DNA of 64,000 nt, from assembly GCA_003152315.1 (NCBI GenBank), contig PLZV01000053.1:48931-112930 (forward strand), given 5' to 3'. The stretch comes from Verrucomicrobiota bacterium. Its GTDB lineage: Bacteria > Verrucomicrobiota > Verrucomicrobiia > Palsa-1439. Positions 55,315 to 62,829 of this stretch are shown one piece after another (the first letter of the stretch is position 1; the number at the start of each line of letters is the position of its first letter). Under the pieces are notes generated by a model. That model did no database searches. It saw only the letters and a list, made by a program, of their open reading frames with translations, and was not told the origin of the DNA. Both the position numbers and the translations under genes were made by a program.

Positions 55315-56922
55315 TTACTGAGACGCGTACTGCCAGACCCAGTCGCCTTCGTTGTCGTCAAATAGCTTGTTTCCCGGAACGCCGCCATCGTCCTTCTCAT
55401 TCCAGCCGACGGAGTAGAGCACAAACTGGCCATCGGCGGTGCGCCGGTATTTGTAGGGCTCGCCGGTGATCACGTCGTGTGGCAATTGGGAGATGAATCG
55501 CGGCGAGAGCGCGTCCAACGTCTCGGGAAACTGTCCGTTGGCCAGCCGGTACCGTTCCAGCGCGCAGGCGACCGCGGCCTGGTTGGCAATCGTTTGTGCC
55601 TCCGCTGCTTTGGTAATAAAATTCTCAAGGCCGGGCAAGAGCATCGCCGCCATGATGCGGTGATGGATGATCTTGGCGAGACCGTTATCAAGCTTCAGGT
55701 CAACCTCCTGTCTGCCCGCGACGAGTTGCCCTGGCGAAATCCGTTTCTTCGACGTATCGAACCCCGACCCCAACAGCGTGTCGAAGAGCCGGCAATAATT
55801 ATACTCCTCCAGGTAATACCAGCCGCGCGGAATGAACAACCCGATATCATTCGCAACGCTGCGGTCACGTGGTCCGGGTGGTGATGATGCATCGCTGCCC
55901 AGATCATTCAGGTAGCCCGGACCCCTCTTTCGGACAAGCTCGATTGCCGTCACCCCACACGCCCGCTCCGACTCGAGGGACCGTCTCGCTTCCGACACAA
56001 AATCGCTCTGCTGCAAACGCGCCTCGAGTTCCTGGAGTTGCGCATCCGACCACGCGTGTTCCGCCAATCCTTCCCACACCGGTTGCGTGGCGGCCTGCCA
56101 GCAGGCGATCCGCACGAGATAGGAGATGATAAACGGCTCTTCCTTCGGCGAATCCGCCATGAACAGCGTCAGCTTCACGTCCCCCAATGCCTCCGCACTC
56201 CGACCCGCCGCCAGTTCGGCACAGGCTTTGAGCCCCAGCCGCCGACAGACGCTTCTCACATTGCTCAGATGCGGCAGCAGGATCGCGAATGGATTGTCCA
56301 AATCGTACCCGACGGGGTATCGCGACAAGGGCCGTTCGCTGGCGGCGCGAAGCTGGGCGAAAACCGCTTCATTGGTCCTCAGACCGTCGAGGACCGCCGG
56401 CGCCGCCTTGGCGCGAGATGCAAGGTCACGTTTGTCCGACTCAAAAGTCACTTTCTTATCACGGGAATGGGGCGCAGCGAGCGCCATCTCCCAGGCGACG
56501 AGGTCGGTAAAGTGGCGATTCCCCGCGTCCTTTTTGTCTCGGGAACTGGAAATCATGGAACCGACTCGCCCATAACTGTCGCCATTCCAGTATTCGACTG
56601 CAGCAAAGGTACGGTTGCTGCGGACGAACCATGACTTGATGAACGGCGTCGCGGCGAAGTTCTGTTCGTCGGGAATTGGTTTCGGGATGAGGGCCGCGAG
56701 ATCAAACTGCTTGCCCTGCGCTTCCGCTTCTCGCCGGTAGTTCTCCCACGCCTGCTTGCCGCGGACATTTTCCTCGGCGCAAAACAGCGCCCAGAGCGTG
56801 ACCAGGCCCGCCACGCCGATCAGCGCGCGGCGCACCGTCCGCCAGCTAAAAAGCCATTTCAGAAAACGCCTCGTCGTGGATCGCTGCCACATCGTGGGCT
56901 CGGTCGAGGGGGGAGTTGTCAT
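55315..56922 (-). CDS. Membrane-anchored periplasmic protein with a pseudopilin-like C-terminal tail (hypothetical)
   Basis: 535 aa with an N-terminal TM segment (ALIGVAGLVTLWALF). The C-terminus GEPYKYRRTADGQFVLYSVGWNEKDDGG resembles the GspG-type pseudopilin C-terminal motif. Confidence 0.5.
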   Translation of the reverse strand: MTTPPSTEPTMWQRSTTRRFLKWLFSWRTVRRALIGVAGLVTLWALFCAEENVRGKQAWENYRREAEAQGKQFDLAALIPKPIPDEQNFAATPFIKSWFVRSNRTFAAVEYWNGDSYGRVGSMISSSRDKKDAGNRHFTDLVAWEMALAAPHSRDKKVTFESDKRDLASRAKAAPAVLDGLRTNEAVFAQLRAASERPLSRYPVGYDLDNPFAILLPHLSNVRSVCRRLGLKACAELAAGRSAEALGDVKLTLFMADSPKEEPFIISYLVRIACWQAATQPVWEGLAEHAWSDAQLQELEARLQQSDFVSEARRSLESERACGVTAIELVRKRGPGYLNDLGSDASSPPGPRDRSVANDIGLFIPRGWYYLEEYNYCRLFDTLLGSGFDTSKKRISPGQLVAGRQEVDLKLDNGLAKIIHHRIMAAMLLPGLENFITKAAEAQTIANQAAVACALERYRLANGQFPETLDALSPRFISQLPHDVITGEPYKYRRTADGQFVLYSVGWNEKDDGGVPGNKLFDDNEGDWVWQYASQ

Positions 56923-56935
56923 TTTAGCCTTTCAT

Positions 56936-57364
56936 TCATGCGACCGTGGTTTGCGCGGCGCGTTCACTACGCGGCCCCGGCGCCGTGCGTTTTTGCGGGT
57001 AAACGGGTTCGGAGAGCGGACCGATCAACTGCGCCAGCATCCGCCGCTGTTCGATGAGCGCGCGAAGCTCTTCGCCGGAAGGCGGCTTCGCCTGGCTGAC
57101 GGCTTTTGTCGCCGGTTCGGCCGAAGCCAGGTTCAACACGGCAATCAAAACCCACGCGCAAGCCAGCCCCGCCCAGACCCGCCGGCTTGGCAGGACCAGT
57201 TCGCGCCACAAGGCCCAGCCGGCGGCGAGAAACAGATTGTATTTTGAATCTCGGCGGTCACAGACCGCCGCTACAGCTGGGGCGAGCGATTTATTCCACA
57301 TCCGATCCAGTTTCGGTTCAACCGTCTGGTGTCGTTTCAACAAAATTTCGCGCGGTGTCTTCAT
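56936..57364 (-). CDS. Putative single-pass anti-sigma factor
   Basis: 142 aa with a central TM segment (VWAGLACAWVLIAVLNL). It overlaps the upstream ECF sigma stop by 4 nt. Confidence 0.5.
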   Translation of the reverse strand: MKTPREILLKRHQTVEPKLDRMWNKSLAPAVAAVCDRRDSKYNLFLAAGWALWRELVLPSRRVWAGLACAWVLIAVLNLASAEPATKAVSQAKPPSGEELRALIEQRRMLAQLIGPLSEPVYPQKRTAPGPRSERAAQTTVA

Positions 57365-57921
57365 GTACGATCTTCCTCCAACTCCAACAACTTTCTCAGC
57401 GCCAGCTTGGCGTAATGCAGCCGGGATTTTACCGTGCCCACCTGCGTGCCGGTAATAACGGCGATTTCTTCCAGGGAAAACTCCTCGATGTAATGCAACA
57501 AGAGCGCCGACCGCTGCGCCAACGGGAGTTTTTCCACCAGTTTCATGAACTCCGCCTCCCGTTCCTCGCGGAGCAACATATCCAGCGGACCCGGGCTGTC
57601 GGCCTCCAGTTCGGGCAACAATTCCTCACGCAACTCGGCTTCGCGGCCCTGCCGCCGCCATTGCTGGACGCATTTCTGGTGGGCGATGCGGAACAGCCAG
57701 CCGCCGAACTTCTCGTCATCGCGGAGCGAACCGATGTGCCGGAAAGCGTTGATGAAAGTCTCCTGCACAAGGTCGAGGCTCGCCTGTTCGTCGCGTAGCA
57801 GTTCGAATCCATAAACGTACAATGGCAGTCGGTAGCGCCGGAAGAGTGTCTTCCAGGCTTCGGCGTTGCCAGCCCGCGCGTCGGCCACGGGCAGTTGTTC
57901 GCGTTCAGCCACTACCTGCAT
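57361..57921 (-). CDS. ECF-type RNA polymerase sigma factor
   Basis: 186 aa with ARAGNAEAWKTLFRRY, region 2 (DLVQETFINAFRH...FGGWLFRIAHQ) and region 4 (LPLAQRSALLLHYIEEFSLEEIAVITG). Confidence 0.9.
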   Translation of the reverse strand: MQVVAEREQLPVADARAGNAEAWKTLFRRYRLPLYVYGFELLRDEQASLDLVQETFINAFRHIGSLRDDEKFGGWLFRIAHQKCVQQWRRQGREAELREELLPELEADSPGPLDMLLREEREAEFMKLVEKLPLAQRSALLLHYIEEFSLEEIAVITGTQVGTVKSRLHYAKLALRKLLELEEDRT

Positions 57922-57970
57922 TTACACCCAGTAGAATGCCCGGAGCGAGAAAAGGTTCATCGGCATTATA
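57872..57970. repeat. Direct repeat copy 1. It spans the ECF-type promoter plus the first ~12 codons of the sigma gene.
   Basis: The core ACTACCTGCATTTACACCCAGTAGAATGCCCGGAGCGAGAAAAGGTTCA is shared with 59449..59512 and 62649..62713. The left arm CCACGGGCAGTTGTTCGCGTTCA is shared with copy 3. On the minus strand it reads GAACCTT-N16-TCTAC (57958..57931), then ATG 9 nt further on. Confidence 0.85.
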
Positions 57971-58078
57971 AAAGATGATCCACTGTCTCGAACTAGCTTG
58001 CGGAAGTGCTTCCAAATACAGCTGTTCCGCATTGTGCGACGCTCTGAATCTCCAAGAAGAACATATAGAAGATAGCGC

Positions 58079-58114
58079 TTGACAGGCACTTATCATATTG
58101 ATATCATAATGATA
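58079..58114 (+). promoter_or_regulatory. Sigma70-type promoter with overlapping palindromic operator for the SPFH-Arc pair
   Basis: TTGACA (58079..58084), a 17-nt spacer, then TATCAT (58102..58107). An imperfect 24-bp palindrome TATCATATTGATATCATAATGATA (58091..58114) overlaps it. The track's TTG start at 58079 is in fact the -35 hexamer. Confidence 0.6.
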
Positions 58115-58147
58115 CTGTCACCCCGCAAAGAAAGAACGTTGTTCGAC

Positions 58148-59107
58148 ATGAATACGAATCAATTCACGGCCACACAGGAGCGAATCATCCAGGCAAAAAA
58201 CGGCTGGGTCATGCTGCTGTCGCTTTTCGGACTGCTGATCGGCGACATCGCTTTGCTGATCTATTCCGTCAACGAGCACTCCGTTGTTTTCCTCATTCTG
58301 TCAGTGCTGCTGATCCCCGTGACCATCATCCTGCTGACGGGATTCTTCACCTTGCAGCCGAACGAGGGCCGGGTCCTCATCCTGTTCGGCGCCTATCGGG
58401 GAACCGTTCGCGAAAGCGGGTTTCACTGGGGCAACCCGTTTTACTCCAATGGCAAGGCATTGGAACCCGGGGAAGCGCAAAGGAAAACGAGCGGGACGCC
58501 TCGGGCGTCGGCGGCACGCCACAAGATTTCGTTGCGCGCCCGCACGCTCAACGGCGACAAGTTGAAGGTCAATGACAAACGCGGCAACCCCATCGAGATT
58601 GCGGCGGTCGTCGTGTGGCGAGTCTCTGACACGGCGCAAGCGAGCTTCGATGTCGATGACTACCAGAAATACGTGGAAACGCAGAGCGAGACGGCGCTCC
58701 GTCATCTGGCGAGCGTGTACGCCTACGATCACGGCGAGGAAAACGAGACCACGCTCCGCAGCGGCGTGGATGAAGTTTCGCAGGCGCTGCGCAAGGAATT
58801 GCAGGAACGGCTGGCCAAGGCGGGGGTCGCCGTGGACGAAGCGCGATTGACGCACCTGGCGTACGCGCCGGAAATCGCCCAGGCGATGTTGCGTCGGCAG
58901 CAAGCGGAAGCGGTCATCGCCGCCCGCCAGAAGATCGTTCATGGGGCGGTCACCATGGTGGAAATGGCGCTGAAAGACCTGGCGGAAAAGCAGGTCGTGC
59001 ACCTCGACGACGAGCGGAAGGCCGCCATGGTCAGCAACCTGATGGTGGTGCTCTGTGGCGAGTCCGAAGTGCATCCCGTAATCAACACCGGGACCCTCTA
59101 CAACTGA
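58148..59107 (+). CDS. SPFH/Band-7 domain membrane protein
   Basis: The ATG at 58148 gives [10 protein letters not shown], then two TM helices, then an SPFH core ([20 protein letters not shown]...VVVWRV...) and a coiled tail ([24 protein letters not shown]). Confidence 0.8.
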   Translation: MNTNQFTATQERIIQAKNGWVMLLSLFGLLIGDIALLIYSVNEHSVVFLILSVLLIPVTIILLTGFFTLQPNEGRVLILFGAYRGTVRESGFHWGNPFYSNGKALEPGEAQRKTSGTPRASAARHKISLRARTLNGDKLKVNDKRGNPIEIAAVVVWRVSDTAQASFDVDDYQKYVETQSETALRHLASVYAYDHGEENETTLRSGVDEVSQALRKELQERLAKAGVAVDEARLTHLAYAPEIAQAMLRRQQAEAVIAARQKIVHGAVTMVEMALKDLAEKQVVHLDDERKAAMVSNLMVVLCGESEVHPVINTGTLYN

Positions 59108-59308
59108 TTGGCGGAAATGGCGGACCGCAAGTCATTTCTGTTGCGCATCGATCCTGCGCTCTGGGCGGATTTGGAAGCCTGGGCGCAGGACGAATTGCGC
59201 AGCGTCAACGGCCAGATCGAGTACCTCCTGCGTCAGGCAGTTCATCGGCGCAAAGGCGGGCAACCCGCGCCCAACCCGCCTGCGCAAGACCAGCCATCAA
59301 CTCAATAG
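59108..59308 (+). CDS. Arc/MetJ-type ribbon-helix-helix DNA-binding protein
   Basis: [38 protein letters not shown] is a typical RHH. It starts immediately after the SPFH stop, at TTG 59108 or ATG 59117. Confidence 0.7.
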   Translation: MAEMADRKSFLLRIDPALWADLEAWAQDELRSVNGQIEYLLRQAVHRRKGGQPAPNPPAQDQPSTQ

Positions 59309-59448
59309 ATGCAGGAGAGGTTCTGGGCTGGTGGAAATGGGATGCGGGCTGAATGTGCAATTGTACGGATCCGACCCCTCCTTTACTTCGGTCACTTCAC
59401 CAAGCAAGAATTCACTGTCTCGCTTTGATAGCGCGGAGGGCTTCTGTG

Positions 59449-59512
59449 ACTACCTGCATTTACACCCAGTAGAATGCCCGGAGCGAGAAAAGGTTCAATC
59501 GGGATTGTGGAA
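59449..59512. repeat. Direct repeat copy 2
   Basis: It is identical to the copy 1 core across ACTACCTGCATTTACACCCAGTAGAATGCCCGGAGCGAGAAAAGGTTCA. The right arm ATCGGGATTGTGGAAG is shared with copy 3. Confidence 0.85.
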
Positions 59513-59619
59513 GGCAGGCACGGTAGAGCGTTAGACCATACGTTTCGTGCAGGGGCGGGAATGTAGCGAGTGCCGCAGTGAAGATAAGTCCGAGCGTGAG
59601 GTAATGGGATTCAGTTGGC

Positions 59620-59649
59620 TTGACATTTCGCCAAATGGCGAATTATAGT
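59620..59649 (+). promoter_or_regulatory. Sigma70-type promoter with an ArsR-type operator palindrome for the ars operon
   Basis: TTGACA (59620..59625), an 18-nt spacer, then TATAGT (59644..59649). The perfect inverted repeat TTCGCCAAATGGCGAA (59627..59642) lies in the spacer. The arsR ATG at 59655 is only 5 nt past the -10 hexamer. Confidence 0.65.
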
Positions 59650-59654
59650 AGCAC

Positions 59655-60020
59655 ATGCGTGAGTTCATGAGAATTACGAAGGCGCTGGCGGACGCGAACC
59701 GGGTGCGCGTGCTGCTGGCGTTACAGGGCAGGGAATTGTGCGTGTGCCAGATTACCGAGCTGCTCGGTCTGGCGTCCTCCACCATCTCCAAGCATTTGTC
59801 CGTTCTGCACCAAGCCGGTCTGATTGAGTCGCGGAAGTCGGAGCGATGGGTGTATTACCGGCAGCCCGACGCGACAGCGTCCGTTGCCGTCCGCGAGGCG
59901 ATTGACTGGGTCCAGAAGTCGCTCGCCGACACACTGCAAGCCAACGCCGACGCCAAGAAACTGAAAAATATCCTCAAGGTTAATCCAACGGCGCTATGCC
60001 AACGCCAAATACGAAGATAA
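59655..60020 (+). CDS. arsR: ArsR/SmtB-family metalloregulatory repressor
   Basis: LADANRVRVLLALQGRELCVCQITELLGLASSTISKHLSVLHQAGLI includes the CVC metalloid-binding motif and a wHTH. Confidence 0.9.
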   Translation: MREFMRITKALADANRVRVLLALQGRELCVCQITELLGLASSTISKHLSVLHQAGLIESRKSERWVYYRQPDATASVAVREAIDWVQKSLADTLQANADAKKLKNILKVNPTALCQRQIRR

Positions 60021-60445
60021 AGGTTCTGTTTCTCTGCACCGGTAACTCATGCCGCAGCCAGATGGCCGAAGGCTGGGCGCGACACCTGAAAGCCGACGTG
60101 ATGGAGCCGTATTCGGCCGGCATTGAGAAACACGGACTGAATCCTCACGCCGTCAAAGTCATGGCGGAAGCGGGCGTGGACATCACCGGGCAACGATCCA
60201 AGACCGTCGCGGAGCTTGGTCCGATGGAGTTCGATTACGTCGTCACAGTCTGCGGCCATGCCAACGAGGACTGCCCCCTGTTTCCCGGCAAAGCCAAGGT
60301 GGTGCATGTAGGCTTCGACGATCCGCCAAAACTTTCGGCGGGGCTACCGGACGGCGAGCCAAAGCTAGCGATTTACCGGCCCGTGCGCGACCAGATCCGT
60401 GCTTTCATTGAAACATTACCGGGGGCGCTCCCCGAAAGGAACTGA
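59996..60445 (+). CDS. arsC: Arsenate reductase, LMW-PTPase (thioredoxin-coupled) type
   Basis: KVLFLCTGNSCRSQMAEGW contains the CX5R P-loop. Downstream Cys and DPP motifs are present. Confidence 0.85.
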   Translation: MPTPNTKIKVLFLCTGNSCRSQMAEGWARHLKADVMEPYSAGIEKHGLNPHAVKVMAEAGVDITGQRSKTVAELGPMEFDYVVTVCGHANEDCPLFPGKAKVVHVGFDDPPKLSAGLPDGEPKLAIYRPVRDQIRAFIETLPGALPERN

Positions 60446-60448
60446 CTA

Positions 60449-61309
60449 ATGGACAAGGAATCGGTGCGACAGAAGGTTCGCGAAGGTTACGGCAAGATTG
60501 CCGTGAGCGAGGGTGCGTGTTGCGGCAGCGGCGTCTCCTGCTGCGGCTCGTCACCGGCAGCGGCCGAGGAATTGGTGCGGCACATCGGGTATTCGACCGA
60601 CGACCTTGCGGTGCTACCGGCAGGCGCCAACATGGGGCTGTCTTGCGGCAATCCCACCGCCATCGCAGCACTGCAGCCGGGCGAGTTCGTGTTGGATTTG
60701 GGGGCCGGCGGCGGCTTCGATGTGTTTATCGCCGGCCGCAAGCTGGGCGCGACCGGTCGCGCCATCGGCGTGGACATGACGCCGGAAATGCTGGCCAAAG
60801 CGCGCCGCAACGCGGTCGATTACCGCGAACGGACGGGACTGGACAATATCGAGTTTCGCCTCGGCGAAATCGAACACTTGCCGGTGGCGGATGCCAGCGT
60901 CGATGTCGTGATCTCCAACTGCGTCATCAATCTTTCGCCGGACAAACCACAGGTTTGGCGCGAAATGGCCCGCGTCCTGAAACCGGGCGGTCGCGTCGCG
61001 GTGTCGGACCTGGCGTTGTTGAAACCGTTGCCGGAAGCGGTCGTCGGCATGGTCGAGGCACTGATCGGCTGCATCGCGGGCGCGGTGCTGGTGTCCGAGA
61101 CGGAACAGATGGCCCACGCGGCCGGGTTGGTGGACATCGTGTTGACGCCCAAGTCGGATTACGTGAACGGCATGACCGACTGGAATGACCCGCTCTACCG
61201 GCAAATCCTCGCGCACTTGCCGGACGGCTCCAAGGCGGTCGACTATATCACCAGCCTCGAACTTCAGGCGCGCAAACCGGCAGAGTCCGCGCACAACAAC
61301 CAGAGATGA
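60449..61309 (+). CDS. arsM: Arsenite S-adenosylmethionine methyltransferase
   Basis: It has an N-terminal Cys pair region (ACCGSGVSCCG), the SAM motif VLDLGAGGGFDV, and ISNCVINLSPDK with the conserved Cys. Confidence 0.85.
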   Translation: MDKESVRQKVREGYGKIAVSEGACCGSGVSCCGSSPAAAEELVRHIGYSTDDLAVLPAGANMGLSCGNPTAIAALQPGEFVLDLGAGGGFDVFIAGRKLGATGRAIGVDMTPEMLAKARRNAVDYRERTGLDNIEFRLGEIEHLPVADASVDVVISNCVINLSPDKPQVWREMARVLKPGGRVAVSDLALLKPLPEAVVGMVEALIGCIAGAVLVSETEQMAHAAGLVDIVLTPKSDYVNGMTDWNDPLYRQILAHLPDGSKAVDYITSLELQARKPAESAHNNQR

Positions 61310-61310
61310 T

Positions 61311-61463
61311 ATGGGTCGGGGGCTGACAATTCCGACTCTTTTGATTGCCGTTGGCTGTTCGCCGGAACAAAGGGTCACTGGCAAGATCGTCATTAAGAGG
61401 TCGAACACCTTCGGCGAGGATCATTGGACCGCATTTGATCGAGGCGTTCCGCGCGCTGCATGA
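61311..61463 (+). CDS. Possible 50-aa lipoprotein-like ORF between arsM and ACR3 (doubtful)
   Basis: MGRGLTIPTLLIAVGCSPEQ... has a lipobox-like AVGC. There is no other support. Confidence 0.2.
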   Translation: MGRGLTIPTLLIAVGCSPEQRVTGKIVIKRSNTFGEDHWTAFDRGVPRAA

Positions 61464-61505
61464 TGAAGCGGATCGACCGAGACAAGAAAATCAAACCCAT
61501 CATCT

Positions 61506-62672
61506 GTGAGTAAGATTATGAGCGAACACATTTCCCGAAAACTCTCCTTCCTCGACCGGTATCTGACGCTGTGGATTTTTCTGGCAATGGGCATCGGCGT
61601 AGGGCTGGGGTATTTCATCCCGGGCACCCAAACGATTATCAACAAGTTTCAGGTCGGCACGACCAACATTCCGATTGCCATCGGGCTGATCCTGATGATG
61701 TATCCCCCGCTGGCGAAAGTGAAATACGAGGAACTCGGCGACGTGTTCCGCAACTGGAAAATCCTCGGCCTGTCGCTGGTGCAGAACTGGGTGATCGGGC
61801 CGGTCCTGATGTTCGTCTTGGCGATTGTTTTCCTGCACAATTACCCTGAATACATGGTCGGGTTGATCATGATCGGCCTTGCCCGCTGCATCGCAATGGT
61901 GATCGTCTGGAACGAGCTAGCGAAGGGCGACACGGAGTACTGCGCCGGGCTGGTAGCGTTCAATAGCGTGTTCCAGGTATTGTTCTTCAGCGTATATGCG
62001 TGGTTCTTCATCACGGTGCTGCCGCCACTGTTCGGGTTGAGTGGCAGCGTGGTCAAAGTGACAATGGGCCAGATCGCGGAGAGCGTGTTCATCTATCTCG
62101 GGATTCCGTTCCTTGCCGGCGTCATTAGCCGGTTCGTCGGATTGAAGACGAAAGGCCGGGAGTGGTATGAGAAATCGTTCATCCCACGGATCAGCCCAAT
62201 GACTTTGATCGCGCTATTGTTCACCATCCTGGTGATGTTCAGCCTGAAAGGCGACCGGATCGTCCGCATCCCTCTCGACGTGCTCCGAATTGCCGTACCG
62301 CTGTTGATCTACTTTGTGGTGATGTTCCTCGTGAGTTTCTGGTTGGGGCGCAAAGTCGGCGCGGACTACTCCAAGACCGCGACACTTTCTTTCACCGCCG
62401 CCAGCAACAACTTCGAGTTGGCCATCGCCGTGGCGGTTGCCGTGTTCGGCATCAACTCCGGTGTGGCCTTCGCCGCCGTCATTGGCCCACTGGTCGAGGT
62501 GCCGGTGTTGATCGGCTTGGTCAACGTCGCGCTCTATTTCCAACGCCGGTACTTTGGCCAGTCGGCGGGGCCGGTGGACGGTCTGCTCACCGCAACCGCC
62601 AACGAAGCCGGCTGCGCGCCGCCCACGGGCAGTTGTTCGCGTTCAAGCACTACCAGCATTCACACCCAGTAG
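61506..62672 (+). CDS. acr3: Arsenite efflux permease, ACR3 family, with a non-native C-terminal tail
   Basis: It has [46 protein letters not shown] and [16 protein letters not shown]. The last ~35 aa (after [10 protein letters not shown]) run into direct repeat copy 3, and the stop lies inside the repeat. Confidence 0.9.
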   Translation: MSKIMSEHISRKLSFLDRYLTLWIFLAMGIGVGLGYFIPGTQTIINKFQVGTTNIPIAIGLILMMYPPLAKVKYEELGDVFRNWKILGLSLVQNWVIGPVLMFVLAIVFLHNYPEYMVGLIMIGLARCIAMVIVWNELAKGDTEYCAGLVAFNSVFQVLFFSVYAWFFITVLPPLFGLSGSVVKVTMGQIAESVFIYLGIPFLAGVISRFVGLKTKGREWYEKSFIPRISPMTLIALLFTILVMFSLKGDRIVRIPLDVLRIAVPLLIYFVVMFLVSFWLGRKVGADYSKTATLSFTAASNNFELAIAVAVAVFGINSGVAFAAVIGPLVEVPVLIGLVNVALYFQRRYFGQSAGPVDGLLTATANEAGCAPPTGSCSRSSTTSIHTQ

Positions 62673-62713
62673 AATGCCGAGAGCGAGAAAGGGTTCAATC
62701 GGGATTGTGGAAG
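62611..62713. repeat. Direct repeat copy 3. It carries a promoter plus a remnant of a sigma-gene 5' end.
   Basis: CCACGGGCAGTTGTTCGCGTTCAAGCACTACCAGCATTCACACCCAGTAGAATGCCGAGAGCGAGAAAGGGTTCAATCGGGATTGTGGAAG. The minus strand would encode [12 protein letters not shown]..., against MQVVAEREQLPV... for the intact sigma gene. Confidence 0.85.
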
Positions 62714-62829
62714 ACTGGCGAAGCGGTGAGATCGGGGCGCAAGCCATGGTTGGGCTGCCGTCGTTTGGGGTGTTTGCGCATTTGCAAAATCTGATTTCTC
62801 ACGTAGGGTGAGGGCAGAGTCAGGCCACA

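Noticed and set aside
57911-57959. The idea that the repeat core is a dif/Xer site, which would make the cassettes IMEX-like.
   Set aside because: The core has no 11-6-11 imperfect palindrome resembling the dif consensus. Only a weak hairpin (CTACCTG...CAGTAG) is present. The recombination mechanism is left open.
58079-58147. TTG start at 58079 for the SPFH protein, which adds [23 protein letters not shown].
   Set aside because: The TTG is the first base of a TTGACA -35 hexamer with a TATCAT -10 element 17 nt downstream. The ATG at 58148 gives a normal N-terminus.
59331-59534. 67-aa plus-strand ORF between the Arc gene and arsR.
   Set aside because: It spans direct repeat copy 2, it has no RBS or motif, and the equivalent sequence in the other copies is in other frames.
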